Positions 44,379 to 55,923 of a stretch of 64,000 nucleotides of DNA are shown piece by piece. Under the pieces are notes generated by a model that did not search any database, was not told the origin of the DNA, and was given only the letters and a program-made list of their open reading frames with translations. The position numbers and the translations under genes were made by a program. The stretch comes from an uncultured Verrucomicrobiae bacterium (lineage in GTDB: Bacteria; Verrucomicrobiota; Verrucomicrobiia; Limisphaerales; UBA11358), in assembly GCA_963708525.1 (NCBI GenBank), contig CAVPTH010000006.1:194775-258774 (forward strand), read 5' to 3'. Positions within the stretch are counted from its first letter, which is position 1; every line of letters begins with the position of its first letter.

Positions 44379-46567
44379 ATGACGAAAAAACCGCTCGCGG
44401 TTGAGGAATCGAACAAACTTGTCGCGGGGCTGCAAAAATTGTCCCGCAATCTTTGGTGGACCTGGGACCAGGAAGCGCAGGAAATTTTCCAGGAACTTTC
44501 CCCGCGCGGCTGGCAGAATCTGTTATCACAACGCCGTGGCCGTCCTGCACGAAGTCTCGGACTACGAATTGCGCGTGCGCTTGCAGGACGCGGATTTCGA
44601 ACGCCGCGCGCGCGGTGTCCTGCAGGATTTCGAAGCCTACCTGAACGAGCAAGAACACCTGGGGCCACAACAACGCGCCCGCATCTGCACCAGAATCCCG
44701 GTCGCCTATTTTTCCGCCGAATTCGGCTTTCACGAATCGCTGCCGATTTCCGCCGGCGGCCTGGGGATTCTGGCCGGCGACCACGCGAAATCCGCCAGCG
44801 ACCTCGGCCTCGGCTTCGTCGGCATCAGCCTGTTTTACCGCGAAGGCTATTTTCAACAGGCCATCGACAGCAACAACTGGCAGACGGAATTTTACAATCT
44901 GATCGACCCGCAAAATGTGCCGCTGGAACCGGTGCTGGATGAGAATGGCCAGCCGTTGGTGTGCGACGTGGAGATCGACATGAACCGCGTCCGCTTCCGG
45001 GCCTGGCGCGTGAACGTCGGGCGGGTGCCGGTTTATCTGCTCGACACCAACCTGCCGGAAAACGAGCAGCATTTTCGCGACCTGACCGCGCGCGTCTATG
45101 GCGGCGACAGCACCACGCGCATCATGCAGGAAATCCTGCTGGGCATCGGCGGCGTGCGGCTGCTGCGCAAGCTGGGCGTGCAGCCGTCGGTCTTCCACAT
45201 GAACGAAGGCCACGCGGCGTTTCTCACGCTGGAATTGATCCGCGAAAAAATGGCCGCCGGCAAAATCTTTGCCGACGCGCATGGCCACTGACCAAAGCAC
45301 GAATGCATCTTCACCACCCACACGCCGGTGGAGGCCGGCCACGACCGTTTCAGCCGGACCTGATGGATTACGCCTTGCAACGTTTCCAGGCGCAATTGAC
45401 CGTGCCGTTCGCCGAATGTCATGGCGCTGGGCCGGGTGAATCCGAAGAACGCGAAGGAACCGTTCTGCATGACGGTGCTCGCGCTGAAATTGTCGCGCGC
45501 CGCCAACGGCGTCAGCGAACTGCACGGCCAGGTCAGCCGCCACATGTGGCAGCGCTCTTTACCCGGAAGTGCCGGTCGAGAAAGTTCCCATCGGCCACAT
45601 CACCAACGGCATCCATCTGCTCGGCTGGATGAAAGGGCCCGTGCGCCAATTCTGGCGCAGGAAGCTTGATGCGACAGCGCAAAGACGATGCCGCCGCGTC
45701 CTGTCGCGAGAAATTCGGCTCGGACTGGGCGGCCGCGGTCAATTCAGCCGAATTCTGGGAGAAGATGGCCGACCCGGATTTTGTCTCCGACGAGGAACTC
45801 TGGGCGTTGCGTTACAGCTTGCGGCGCGAAATGATCGAATTTGTCCGCCGCCGGCTGTTGCTCCAGCACCAGCGGCTCGCGCCGGGCGATTTCATCCGCT
45901 TCGATCACCTGCTGAATCCGGACGCGCTGACCATCGGTTTCGCCCGCCGCTTCGCCACCTACAAACGCGCGCCGCTGATTTTCCAGCAGTTCGACAACAT
46001 CGTGAAACTCGCGCGCGACAAAAGCGGCCGGTCCAGTTCATCTTCGCCGGCAAGGCGCATCCGCGCGATGACGACGGCAAGCGGTTCATCCAGCAAATCA
46101 TTCACCTCAGCAGGCACAGCGAACTGCACGGATACCTGGTGTTCATCGAAAACTACGACGTCCACGTCGCGCGCCAGATGGTGTCCGGCTGCGACGTCTG
46201 GCTGAACAATCCGCGCCGTCCGCTCGAAGCCTCCGGCACCAGCGGCATGAAGGCCGGTTGCCACGGCTGCCTGAACCTGAGCATCCTCGACGGCTGGTGG
46301 CGCGAAGGCTACGACGGCACCAACGGATTTGCCATCGGCGAGGATTCGCATCCCGACAACGTCGAGGAACAGGACCGGCTGGACAGCGCGAACCTTTACA
46401 AGACGCTGACCGAACAGGTGATCCCGATGTTTTTCGACCGCGACGACCAGGGCATCCCGCGCCAATGGATCCAGCGCATCCGCCGCGCCATGGTCACGCT
46501 GGTGCCGCAATTCACCACCGACCGCATGGTGAAGGAATACGCGCAGAAGTATTATTTGGCCGGTTGA
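44379..46567 (+). pseudogene. glgP: Alpha-glucan phosphorylase (GlgP/maltodextrin phosphorylase-like, GT35), with six frame changes and one in-frame TGA
   Basis: Motifs are spread over all three frames: [133 protein letters not shown]. Frame changes lie near 44522, 45352, 45415, 45555, 45665 and 46025. The TGA is at 45289..45291. Confidence 0.8.
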
Positions 46568-46854
46568 TGTTCGATTCCGCGGTAGTTTAAGTAGTGGCAC
46601 GTTTTGCCATTTTCATGGCGTGCACAATCCCGTGAGAGGCTCGTGAGTAGCCTTGCATTCCTTCTTTGCCTTGCAACCTGAAACCCTTCAGGGTGCTGCA
46701 GTTTGGCAGGGTTTACACCGGCGCCCATTCACGGACACCTCGTAAGTTGTTTGCTACTGACTTCACAACCCACTTTGCTTCATCTGAACAACCGGGGTGT
46801 TCACCCACCGGAAACAGCGCCGCCCCGGCATGCAGTTTGCTAATCTAAAAATGG

Positions 46855-49308
46855 GTGAACTTAAAAGCGGCATTTGATCGTTTGTCCAATTGGAAAAATG
46901 GGCAGGCGCGCGCCAAGGAAGAATCGGCCACGAACGTGGGCGGCCTTGACGGCCCGCCCGGTTCCAACCTCAAAGCCTGGCTCGGTAAACTCTGGAGGCG
47001 CGTGACCGAAGCCGCGACGCCGGGCAAAATCCGACGGTCCATTGCATCGCTGGCGATCCGTGCGCGCGAAATATTCGATTCGAGTTTCCGCATCAAGGTA
47101 TTGTTGCCGATGACGGCCTGCATGGTACTGGCAATGACCATCACCTTTTTTGTTGTGGACCACCGGATCGCGCAACAAGCTGAACAGGAAGCGCGCAACA
47201 CACTGGCCACCGCCAACGCGGTTATCAGGTCCTCGCAGGAGTTCCGGCGCAATGACCTGCTGCTGCGTTTTCATAACCTGCCGAATGAGCCTATCTGGCG
47301 CCAAATTTTCCAATTCGGCCAGTCCAAGGATCTGCACAACACGTTAAGCGGCCTGATGGAGATGCAGCGCGTGGATATTTTGCTTTACGCGTCCAACAAG
47401 GGGAAAATCCTCGACGTCGAGAAGAACGATCCGGGGATTCCGGTCCCGGAATTTGAGACGGCCGCGGCGCCGGTGCTGCAATTGGCCCTGCACGGAGATG
47501 AACGGGCGGACACGGTCTGTGTGGGTGGAAAACTCTACAATGTAGTCACCGTTCCGGCCTACAACCAGGATAACGAACAGGTTGGCGTGCTGACGCTGGG
47601 TTCGGAAATCGGCGGCGCCGCAGCGCAGGAATTCAGCAAACTGACGCAGAGCCAGATTGCCCTGATGGCCAACGGACAGGTCACCATTTCCACACTGCCC
47701 GGGTTGGACGCCAACGTACAGTTTGCCCGGGCTTTCAAGGGCGCGATGCCCGCCGATGACAATGAAGACCCTACGGCGAACGTGAAGCCCATCGTGCTCA
47801 ACGGCGTGCACTATTATTGCGTCGCCGGGCGGTTCGTCTCGCTGAAAACCGACAGCAATCTTGGTTATGTCCTGTTGAGCTCGCGTGAGCAATCATTGGC
47901 CGCGATGCGGGCGACACGGCATTTGTTGTCGGGCCTGGGTTTCCTCGCCATTCTGTTCTGTGTAACCGCGGTGTGGCTTTACATCAACCGGGTTACCGAA
48001 CCCTTGCGCGAGCTGCGGCAGGGCGCCGAGGCCGTGGGGCGGTGCGATTTCAACCAGCGCGTGGCGGTGCGCAGCCGCGATGAGTGCGGGCAACTGGCGA
48101 TTGTGTTCAATACGATGACCGAAAACATCCAGCAATCGCGGTCACAATTGGAAAAAACCGTGGAGACCCTCAAGACGACACAGGAACAACTGGTCCAGAG
48201 TGAGAAGCTTTCGGCCATTGGAAAATTTGTCGCGGGCGTGGCACATGAACTGAATAATCCCCTGGCGGCGGTGCTCGGCTTCGCGGAGGTCCTTAAAAAC
48301 GCGACGGCGGATGTAAAAAGCCGGCAATACTCGGAAACCATCTTCAAGTCCGCGTTACGTTGCAAGCGAATCGTCCAGTCGCTGTTGAGTTTCGCCCGAC
48401 GGGAACAGTCCGAACGCAAGTTGGTTTCCTTGAATAACCTCATTGAAATGATTCTGGAAATTGTGGGTTATTCATTGCGCACCGGCAACATCGAGCTGGT
48501 CACAAAACTGGAACCCAACCTGCCGCTGGTGTTGGCCGATACCAGCCAGATTCAACAGGTGTTGCTCAATATCATCAACAACGCGCTGGAAGCCATTCAG
48601 GCCGGTGGCCAAACAGGTCGAATTCAGGTCACCACCGAAACCCGCGCGCCGAACATCCGCATCACCATCCAGGACAACGGACCGGGAATTCCCCGGGAAC
48701 ATCTGCGGCGTATTTTTGATCCTTTCTTTACCACCAAAGACGTTGGCAAGGGCACCGGCCTGGGTTTAAGCCTGTGTTACGGCTACATCAAGGAAAACGG
48801 TGGCACCATCACCCCCATGAGCGAGTTGGGCAAGGGTGCCACGTTCCTGATCGAGCTGCCTATCGCTGAAAAGACCGAAGCGCACGTCGAAATTGCGGAA
48901 CTGCCGGAGGTGGAAAAACCGAATCCCCGTGAGGGCAAGGGCAGACGCGTGCTGGTCATTGATGATGAAAAACCCATCCTGAACCTGATCCACGACGACT
49001 TTGAGCTCCGCGGCTACGAAGTGGAAGTGGCTGAGAACGGCAAAACCGCACTGAGCAAACTGGAAAAAAACCATTTCGATCTGGCGTTTTGCGACTGGAA
49101 GATGCCCGGCTTAAACGGCCAACAGGTTTACGAACAGTTGCGCCGCACCAATCCCCAGTTCTGTCAGCGTATTATTTTCATCACCGGCGATGTCATCAAC
49201 GACCAGATGCGCGATTTCCTGGAGACGGAAAAACGTCCTTGTCTCACCAAGCCCTTCACGTTGTCGGAACTTCATACCACCGTCCAAACTGTCCTCGAGA
49301 CGGTTTAG
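46855..49308 (+). CDS. Hybrid sensor histidine kinase / response regulator
   Basis: TM helix, periplasmic/sensor region, second TM helix, HisKA ([13 protein letters not shown]), HATPase (NNALEA, DNGPGIP, GTGLGLS), C-terminal REC (VLVIDDE...[14 protein letters not shown]...TKP). GTG start at 46855. Confidence 0.85.
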   Translation: MNLKAAFDRLSNWKNGQARAKEESATNVGGLDGPPGSNLKAWLGKLWRRVTEAATPGKIRRSIASLAIRAREIFDSSFRIKVLLPMTACMVLAMTITFFVVDHRIAQQAEQEARNTLATANAVIRSSQEFRRNDLLLRFHNLPNEPIWRQIFQFGQSKDLHNTLSGLMEMQRVDILLYASNKGKILDVEKNDPGIPVPEFETAAAPVLQLALHGDERADTVCVGGKLYNVVTVPAYNQDNEQVGVLTLGSEIGGAAAQEFSKLTQSQIALMANGQVTISTLPGLDANVQFARAFKGAMPADDNEDPTANVKPIVLNGVHYYCVAGRFVSLKTDSNLGYVLLSSREQSLAAMRATRHLLSGLGFLAILFCVTAVWLYINRVTEPLRELRQGAEAVGRCDFNQRVAVRSRDECGQLAIVFNTMTENIQQSRSQLEKTVETLKTTQEQLVQSEKLSAIGKFVAGVAHELNNPLAAVLGFAEVLKNATADVKSRQYSETIFKSALRCKRIVQSLLSFARREQSERKLVSLNNLIEMILEIVGYSLRTGNIELVTKLEPNLPLVLADTSQIQQVLLNIINNALEAIQAGGQTGRIQVTTETRAPNIRITIQDNGPGIPREHLRRIFDPFFTTKDVGKGTGLGLSLCYGYIKENGGTITPMSELGKGATFLIELPIAEKTEAHVEIAELPEVEKPNPREGKGRRVLVIDDEKPILNLIHDDFELRGYEVEVAENGKTALSKLEKNHFDLAFCDWKMPGLNGQQVYEQLRRTNPQFCQRIIFITGDVINDQMRDFLETEKRPCLTKPFTLSELHTTVQTVLETV

Positions 49309-49353
49309 CGTGCAGAAACCAGAAAAGCTGCAGTGCCAACACTGCGAGCTCCA

Positions 49354-49546
49354 GCACCGTAGGTGCGGCATCTCTGTAGGCTCACAACCCAAAAACCAAC
49401 CCCTGACCTGACCTGCGGCCATCCTCCCCCATCAGATGGGCGAGGAACATAGCCCGTCGGGACGGCATATTCGGAAGATGTCGCTCTCACGGAGCCTGGT
49501 TCAATTTGAAATGGCCAATCACAAAGATACCAGCCCTACGGGCTTG
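49354..49546 (+). repeat. Composite multi-hairpin repeat, copy B
   Basis: GCACCgtaGGTGCggcatctctgtag ... ggcatattcggaagatgtcgctc ... ataccAGCCCtacGGGCT. Lies downstream of the kinase gene. Confidence 0.75.
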
Positions 49547-49628
49547 AAAAAATCACAGTCAATCTGCCGTCGCAGTCGATTCCATCCTTGAAATTTGTCG
49601 CACGACGCGTAAATTCTCCGCCGCATAA

Positions 49629-50805
49629 ATGAACTATAAAATTTCTCAACGCGCCGCGTCGCTCTCACCGTCGCTCACTCTCGCCATTGATGCCAAGGCC
49701 AAGGCCATGAAGGCCGCGGGCGAGGATGTCGTCGGCTTCGGCGCCGGCGAACCGGATTTTGACACACCGCAATTTATCAAGGACGCCGCCGCGAAGGCGC
49801 TGGCCGCCGGGTTCACCAAATACACGCCGTCCAGCGGCATGCCGGAATTGCGCGAAGCCATCGCCGACAAATTCAAACGCGAGAACGGCCTGACTTACAA
49901 GCCGTCGCAAATCATCGTTTCCTGCGGCGGCAAGCATTCGTGCTACAACGTCATCCTCGCCACCTGCCAGGAAGGCGACGAAGTGCTGATTCCCGCGCCG
50001 TACTGGCTGAGTTATCCGGAAATGGTCAAGCTCGCCAGCGCCAAACCGGTGATTCTGGAGACCACTGACAAGACCGAATTCAAAATTACGCCGCGAACAA
50101 CTTCGCGCCGCCATCACGCCGCGCACACGCCTGCTCATCCTGAACTCGCCGAGCAATCCGACTGGCAGCGTTTATACGCCGGAAGAAACCAAAGCCATCG
50201 GCGACATCTGCGTCGAGAAAGGCGTGCTCATCATGAGCGACGAAATTTATGAGCACCTGCTTTACGATGGCGCGACTGTCAAAAGCGTTGCGAGTTTTTC
50301 GCCGGCGCACCAGGAGCATACCATCATCGTCCACGGTTTCGCCAAGGCCTGGAGCATGACCGGCTGGCGGCTGGGTTTTCTGGCCGCGCCGGAGCCGATT
50401 GCCAAGGCGATTGACGCCGTGCAAAGCCACAGCACGAGCAACCCGACTTCGTTTGCCCAGAAAGGCGCGTTGGCCGCCATCACCGCTCCGCTGGACCATC
50501 TGAAAGGCTGGCTGGTGGAATTCGATAAACGCCGCCGGTTCGCGCACCAGAAGTTGAACAGCATTCCGGGGATTTCCTGCGTGAACGCGAAGGGTGCGTT
50601 TTACCTGTTCCCAAACATCTCGAAGACCGGCCTCAAGTCCACCGATTTCTGCGCGAAATTGTTGGAAGCGGAAAAGGTTGCCGCTGTGCCGGGCATCGCC
50701 TTCGGCGCGGACGATTATATCCGTCTCAGCTACGCCACCAGCATGGCGAACCTGGAGAAGGGCCTGGAGCGGATAGAACGTTTCTGTAAAACGCTGGTTA
50801 AATAG
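49629..50805 (+). CDS. Aspartate/aromatic aminotransferase (class I PLP-dependent), one apparent frameshift
   Basis: ORF 49629..50252 ([25 protein letters not shown]) and ORF 50224..50805 (..[24 protein letters not shown]). The intervening [15 protein letters not shown] is readable in the downstream frame. One extra base lies at ~50093. Confidence 0.85.
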
Positions 50806-50902
50806 GTAGGGACGCGCGGCCCGCGCGGCCTCGTTTATTTTACCACGGATGAACACGGATTTTCAATTTCCACTTTCCCCTTAGAGCGGTTCCATCTTTG
50901 AC

Positions 50903-51025
50903 GTAGCGCGGACATTCTGGTCTGCGGGTTTACGGGACTTTCTTGTCCCGCGTTTTATCCGCAAAATCTTGGCGACTGGAAAGTCGCCAAGATCCCGCAA
51001 TGCGGGACTGGAAAGCCTGCGCTAC
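50903..51025. repeat. Composite REP with outer stem GTAGCGCGG / CCTGCGCTAC and inner hairpins
   Basis: Inner hairpins GGCGACTggaaAGTCGCC and CCCGCaatGCGGG. A partial GGTAGGGACGCGCGG.. REP at 50805..50835 directly follows the aminotransferase stop. Confidence 0.65.
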
Positions 51026-51108
51026 TTCATAACTGAGCGCCGTAGCCTTGGGCAACGCGGCACTTGTCACTTGTCACCCGTCACACGCCTGCGCACAATT
51101 GGTCCACC

Positions 51109-51938
51109 ATGACGATCTCCCGCCTTCGCACTCCCGTTTTGTTGCTGATTGCTATCGCATTTTCAATCGCCGGGATGGCTCGCGCGCAGGAAAAGACGAT
51201 GACGCGGCGCCGACCAATGCCGTGCTTCATCCGGCGCTGTTTCTCGTCGGCGATTCCATCGTAAAGACCGGCCACGGCAACGGCGAGACCGGCCCGTGGG
51301 GCTGGGGATCCGAACTCATCCCGCTTTTCGACGCCGCCAAAATCCATGTCTATAACGAGGGCCGCGGCGGACGCAGCAGCCGGGGTTACATTGAAGAAGG
51401 CGCATGGGCCAAAATTGTGGCACAGCTCGCGCCCGGCGACTTCGTAATCCTTCATTTCGGCCATAACGACGCCAAAAATTCGACGAACTATCCCGACCGC
51501 GTGACCGTGAACGGCAATGGCGATGAGACGAAGGAAATCGAATCGCCCGTGACGCATCAGAAGGAAACCATCCACACGTACGGCTGGTATTTGCGACAAT
51601 ACGTCAAAGACGCAAAAGCCAAAGGCGCAACGGTGATCATTTGCTCGTCGGCACCGCGCAACACCTGGGTTGATGGCAAGATAAAGCGCGGCCTGGACGG
51701 TTACGCCCAATGGGCAGCCGAAGCCGCCAAGTCCAGCGGCGCGCTCTTCATTGATCTGAACACCCTGGCCGCGAACCGTTACGATGCGCTCGGCAAGGAA
51801 CAGGCCGCCAAATATTTCTTTGACAGCCAGCACACGACCAAAGCCGGTGCCCGGCTGAACGCCGAAGCCGTCGTCGAAGGTCTGAAACAATTAAAGGACT
51901 GCCCGCTGGCCAACGACCTTGCGCCCGCCGCTCCCTGA
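51109..51938 (+). CDS. SGNH/GDSL hydrolase (rhamnogalacturonan acetylesterase-like), one apparent frameshift after the signal peptide
   Basis: The signal peptide MTISRLRTPVLLLIAIAFSIAGMARAQE is in the frame of ORF 51064..51264. The mature part is in ORF 51048..51938 (LFLVGDSIV, NEGRGGRSS, FGHNDAK). The frame break lies in the A-run at ~51191-51194. Confidence 0.75.
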
Positions 51939-51989
51939 AAGCATCGCCGCGATATACAAAAAATGGCGTAACGGTGTCTATAGAGCGAT

Positions 51990-52532
51990 ATGAAATATTA
52001 CATACCTCTGATGTCGAGCGTCCTGATTGGCGTTGCAGCATGTTTCGTTGGTTGTGTTTCACGGCAGCAGGATCCGGCTCATGAGGCATTACTTTCTTTA
52101 CCTTGGGAGGAGTTTGACCAGAGCACAAATTCGGGTTGGCGCACATTAGCATTCACTGATTGCGGGGCACGTCGCGATTATCGCGCTGCCGCCGACCTGA
52201 TCGAAATCTATTTGAGGCAGCACCCAGAGTTGAAGGTGCAGCAACGCGCGGTTTCTCGTTTTCATCTGGGCCAATTGTTGGCTATGGATGGTCGCACCAA
52301 AGCCGGGGTCGCCAATATGAAGCAAGCGTTGGTCCCGGAAAATACGCCGGACCTTCCGGCTGATTGGAATATTATGGTGTCCGCGACCATTGCATTCCTA
52401 ACTGGCGATCGTGCCACCCTGGTCCATCTAAAGGAGCAGGTGGTAAGCCTTCCTCCATCACGCGTCAAGTGGCCGGACTGCCCTGCTAACTTGCTTGAGC
52501 ATTTTGGGCAGCCTTATGGACATTTCAGGTAG
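51990..52532 (+). CDS. Hypothetical lipoprotein
   Basis: MKYYIPLMSSVLIGVAACFVGC (lipobox-like). No recognisable domain. Visibly lower GC than its neighbours. Confidence 0.5.
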   Translation: MKYYIPLMSSVLIGVAACFVGCVSRQQDPAHEALLSLPWEEFDQSTNSGWRTLAFTDCGARRDYRAAADLIEIYLRQHPELKVQQRAVSRFHLGQLLAMDGRTKAGVANMKQALVPENTPDLPADWNIMVSATIAFLTGDRATLVHLKEQVVSLPPSRVKWPDCPANLLEHFGQPYGHFR

Positions 52533-52771
52533 AAGTGAAGGACATCTAACACCGCGCGAGGCCGTGTGAAAAGTCTGGCGAAATGAGCGGGAAAGATTGA
52601 CCAGTGATCGTGAAGTCCGAGTCGCCGGTTTTTTATGGTGCAGAGATCGTTGCCGCCCGTCATCCGCCACCCGATCAGGTGGGGCGAGCGTACTCGTGAG
52701 CCGGGTTCATTATTCGATGTTTTCCCTTCTCCGTGCGCGCCGGCTCGTCACCGATCTGGCAGGGCGATACT

Positions 52772-54099
52772 GGTGCGAACCGGAGTGATAGGTAACAAAC
52801 AAACCGGGGTGATGGGTTACAGTTCCGGGCATTATGCCTTGGAAAAATGTAACCCCTATGGAAGAGATCATTCGATTTGTGATGTTGGCGCGAGTGCGCG
52901 TTTTACGGTGAGCGAGCTGTGCGAGCAGTTTGGCATCAGCCGCAAGACCGGTTATAAACATCTGGAGCGTTATGCAGCAGATGGTCTGAAAGGATTGGCC
53001 GTGCGCAGCCATCGGCCGCATCGGTTTCCGCAACGCACGGATGCGGCGGTGGAGGGTTTGATATTGGCCGAGCGACGGCTGCATCGGACCTGGGGGCCCA
53101 AGAAGCTGCACAAGGTGCTGGAGGTCAAGCATGGGATCGAGTCGCCGCCGGCCCGGAGCACCATTGGCGAGATTCTCCGCCGGCACGGTATGAGCGTGCA
53201 GCGCCGGCGCAAACCGGGCATGTACGTCGCGCTCAACAACGGGCTGACCGTGCCCACGCGGCCCAATCACGTTTGGACGGTGGACTTCAAGGGCTGGTTC
53301 CGGTTGGGCAATGGCCAGCGTTGCGATCCTTTGACGGTGTGTGATCGTTACAGCCGCTATCTGCTGGCCTGCCGGGCCCAGCCCAACCAGCAATTCAAGG
53401 GCACCTTACGGACCTTCCAAGCCCTGATGCGCCAAGCGGGCGTGCCCGAAGTGATCCGTGTCGATCACGGCACGCCCTTTGCATCCATCGGCTTGGGCCG
53501 CTTATCCAGCCTGAGCATCTGGTGGATTGAGCAGGGCATTGCGGTGGAATTCACTCGCCTGGCCTCGCCCCAGGACAACGGCTCGCACGAGCGCATGCAT
53601 CGGGATCTGAAAGCTGAAGCGACCAACCCGCCCTCGGCCAACAATGCCGCCCAGCAGCGCCGTTTTGAGCGCTGGCGACACACCTATAATCATGAGCGGC
53701 CGCACGAGTCACTGGACCAGCAACGGCCCTGCGAGTTTTACCAACCCAGTTCCGCCGGCTCAATGAGCAGCGACAAACCGCTCGTCTATCCGGCGGACTT
53801 TGAAGTCAAGCGGATCTCCTCCAGCGGTTTCCTGGCGCATGAAGGAAAAAAATATCATGTGGGCGAGGCTTTCGCGCATAAACGGGTGGGACTGTACCTC
53901 AATGCCAAAGGTCAGACCGGGCTGTATTTCGCCAATGTCCATCTGGGCGATCTCGCCTATGGTTCGGAGGGGCGATTCCGGCCTACGGCCTACATCGCCC
54001 CTCCGAACCATGATCCCCTTGCCAAACCCATCAAACCACCCATACTAAAAGTGTAACCTATCACCCTGGACTATGTGTTACCTATCACCGGCTCGCACC
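52772..54099 (+). mobile_element. IS481-family insertion sequence (~1.33 kb) with ~46-49-bp imperfect terminal inverted repeats
   Basis: IRL is GGTGCGAACCGGAGTGATAGGTAACAAACAAACCGGGGTGATGGGTTAC (52772..52820). The reverse complement of IRR (54054..54099) is GGTGCGAGCCGGTGATAGGTAACACATAGTCCAGGGTGATAGGTTA. No clear target-site duplication was seen. Confidence 0.8.
52858..54056 (+). CDS. IS481-family DDE transposase (probable N-terminal frame break)
   Basis: HTH (FTVSELCEQFGISRKTGYKHLERY) and DDE core (HVWTVDFKG, VIRVDHGTPF, PQDNGSHERMHRDLK). MEEIIRFVMLA starts at 52858 in a neighbouring frame and joins the main frame (ORF 52635..54056) at ~52888-52900. Confidence 0.85.
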
Positions 54100-54351
54100 C
54101 TGGATGTCCCTGTAATTAGGAAACGGGTCAGTTCTTGATATTGGTATATACGTGACAGCCCACCGCGGAAATCCTTTTTTATGGAGCAGACTAGCGAGAT
54201 TGGCCGGCGGGGCATAATGCAGGTTGATCCGCCTTCGCCGTAACTACGGTGGACAGGGAGTTGAGGGTTGACCTGCCTACGTTCACTACGGCGAGACAAG
54301 GAGTTTAGGATTTAATCAGGAAATCCGTGTTTAGCTCCGGCCCTCCCCGCA

Positions 54352-54561
54352 TCAGAAGATGCGATGTGTCTCACGCAAATGCGCCTGAATTTTGGCAATC
54401 GCGGATTCCAAAGCTTGCCGTTGACCACGCCCCTTGTCATCCGATTTTTCCACCCGGTCACAAATGGGACAATATGCGAACGCGACAATCGCGACATCTT
54501 TTCGCTCCAAAATAGTAGGAATCGTATAGCTGCTGGATGAGATGGGGTTGATGGTTGACAT
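54352..54561 (-). CDS. Small hypothetical protein (69 aa)
   Basis: Last gene of a three-gene minus-strand array, 13 nt after the upstream stop. Contains a single CPIC. No family recognised. Confidence 0.4.
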   Translation of the reverse strand: MSTINPISSSSYTIPTILERKDVAIVAFAYCPICDRVEKSDDKGRGQRQALESAIAKIQAHLRETHRIF

Positions 54562-54574
54562 GCTTGACTACGTT

Positions 54575-55246
54575 CTAAAAATTCAGAGCGCGGCCAGGCC
54601 TGTTCTCTGGCGGCGATGGGCCAGCCAAACCACCACTGGTAAGTCCACTGACGCCGGCTGCTGTTTCTCGCATAAGCTGAAACTGCTTGCGGGACAAATA
54701 TTTCTCCACATTGTCGGTTAGCCAGGTGTTGTCTTGGATCGCCTCCTGCCCCATCCATTGCCAGATGAAATCCCTTCCCATCTTCTGAGCGCAATGTATA
54801 AAGTGCTTCACTGTCCATTCCAGTTCGTGCGCCCCATGGTCTTCATCTCCCAATAGGCCGATGAATAATCCAGAAGCCGGGCGTTCCGCCTTTTGGCCCG
54901 CCAACGCATTGAGCCATTCCATCAGTTTTGGTTCGCACTGGTTCAAAGGACTGAGCGCGACGATCAGTACGTCGGCATCCGCTGCGCCTTGAAACATCAT
55001 CTCCCTGATCGGTTGGCTGGTTTGGAAGAAATCAAGCGCCCATATTTCCGCGGAAGTTTCCCAACGTGGGCCAACCAGTTTGGTGATTATGCCGCTTGCC
55101 CATCTGGCCCGCACCGAAGCCGGGAAATCCACATATAAGCAGAACAAACGCAGTTTCGCGTTTGCCTCCGTTTCCGCCTCAAGAAAAGTCTCGGTATGCA
55201 TAAGCTCAACTCCAGTATCCGGCAGATTGAGTTTGAATCGTTTCAT
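54575..55246 (-). CDS. Hypothetical protein (223 aa), possibly a flavodoxin/TIR-like alpha-beta fold
   Basis: The alternating strand/helix pattern (LRLFCLYVDF.., ADVLIVALSP..KLMEWLNAL.., GLFIGLLGDE) is the only basis for the fold guess. Confidence 0.5.
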   Translation of the reverse strand: MKRFKLNLPDTGVELMHTETFLEAETEANAKLRLFCLYVDFPASVRARWASGIITKLVGPRWETSAEIWALDFFQTSQPIREMMFQGAADADVLIVALSPLNQCEPKLMEWLNALAGQKAERPASGLFIGLLGDEDHGAHELEWTVKHFIHCAQKMGRDFIWQWMGQEAIQDNTWLTDNVEKYLSRKQFQLMRETAAGVSGLTSGGLAGPSPPENRPGRALNF

Positions 55247-55311
55247 CCGTATGAAAGCCAGGCGTCGTATTGGGAACTCTTATTCGCCCGTTCTTTTCCG
55301 GCGAGTTCACT

Positions 55312-55923
55312 TCATAGGATGCATGATACTTCGGGGCCAACACCAAAATTGTGACCTCGCGTTGTAGAGTTCGACACTCCGGACACGTCGTTATGATTGA
55401 TTGCCGTTGGCCTGGACACGAATTCCACCGGTAGCAATTCAGGTTGGCTGGCTTCGCAGGTCCGGGAGTGATTCGATCCGGCCGGGGAACTGTTGGTCAT
55501 ACCAAGTACATTTGTCACTGTTCCCAACAACTCTTCGGGGGAGAAAGGCTTTGGGAGCATGGCCGCCAGTTGGAGTGATCGGTTTTGGGCCAGCTCCTCC
55601 GTGCGTAAGTTTCCGCTGACCAGGATAACCGGCATCGCCATGCGCGCTGAACGCAGCTTCCTGACCAGCTCAACGCCGGTTAGCCTGGGCATGTCGTTGT
55701 CGGTGACCAGGAGGTTGTACGGCTTGATTTGCATAGCCTCCCAGGCGGCTGCGCCATCAGCAGCGGCGTCCACCGCGTAACCAGAGTGAATCAGCAGTTC
55801 AGTGCTGAGTTGACGGATTTCCCTGTAATCATCCACCACCAGAATGCGACAGGACGGTTCCGTTGGCCATGGAAGTGGCGCGCCGACTGGCTTTTCTGCT
55901 TGCGAGATTTCGCTTACTTTCAT
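55312..55923 (-). CDS. Response regulator: REC domain plus a ~70-aa low-complexity tail
   Basis: ILVVDDYREIRQL..., LLVTDNDMPRLTG, MPVILVSG, LPKPF. Confidence 0.8.
   Translation of the reverse strand: MKVSEISQAEKPVGAPLPWPTEPSCRILVVDDYREIRQLSTELLIHSGYAVDAAADGAAAWEAMQIKPYNLLVTDNDMPRLTGVELVRKLRSARMAMPVILVSGNLRTEELAQNRSLQLAAMLPKPFSPEELLGTVTNVLGMTNSSPAGSNHSRTCEASQPELLPVEFVSRPTAINHNDVSGVSNSTTRGHNFGVGPEVSCIL

Noticed and set aside
45289-45291. In-frame TGA in glgP as selenocysteine or another recoding event.
   Set aside because: The position is not a known catalytic Cys/Sec site in GT35 phosphorylases, and I found no SECIS-like hairpin. The gene also has six frame breaks, so a point error or pseudogenisation is the simpler explanation.
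52888-52900. Programmed -1 ribosomal frameshift in the IS481 transposase.
   Set aside because: There is no slippery heptamer at the junction, IS481-family transposases are normally single ORFs, and the window is rich in indel artefacts.
54100-54310. ORF 54078..54299 and an 8-bp stem (TCGCCGTA...TACGGCGA) right of the IS element as a gene or structured RNA.
   Set aside because: The ORF starts inside the IS inverted repeat and has no motif. The stem encloses a 46-nt loop with no further support.
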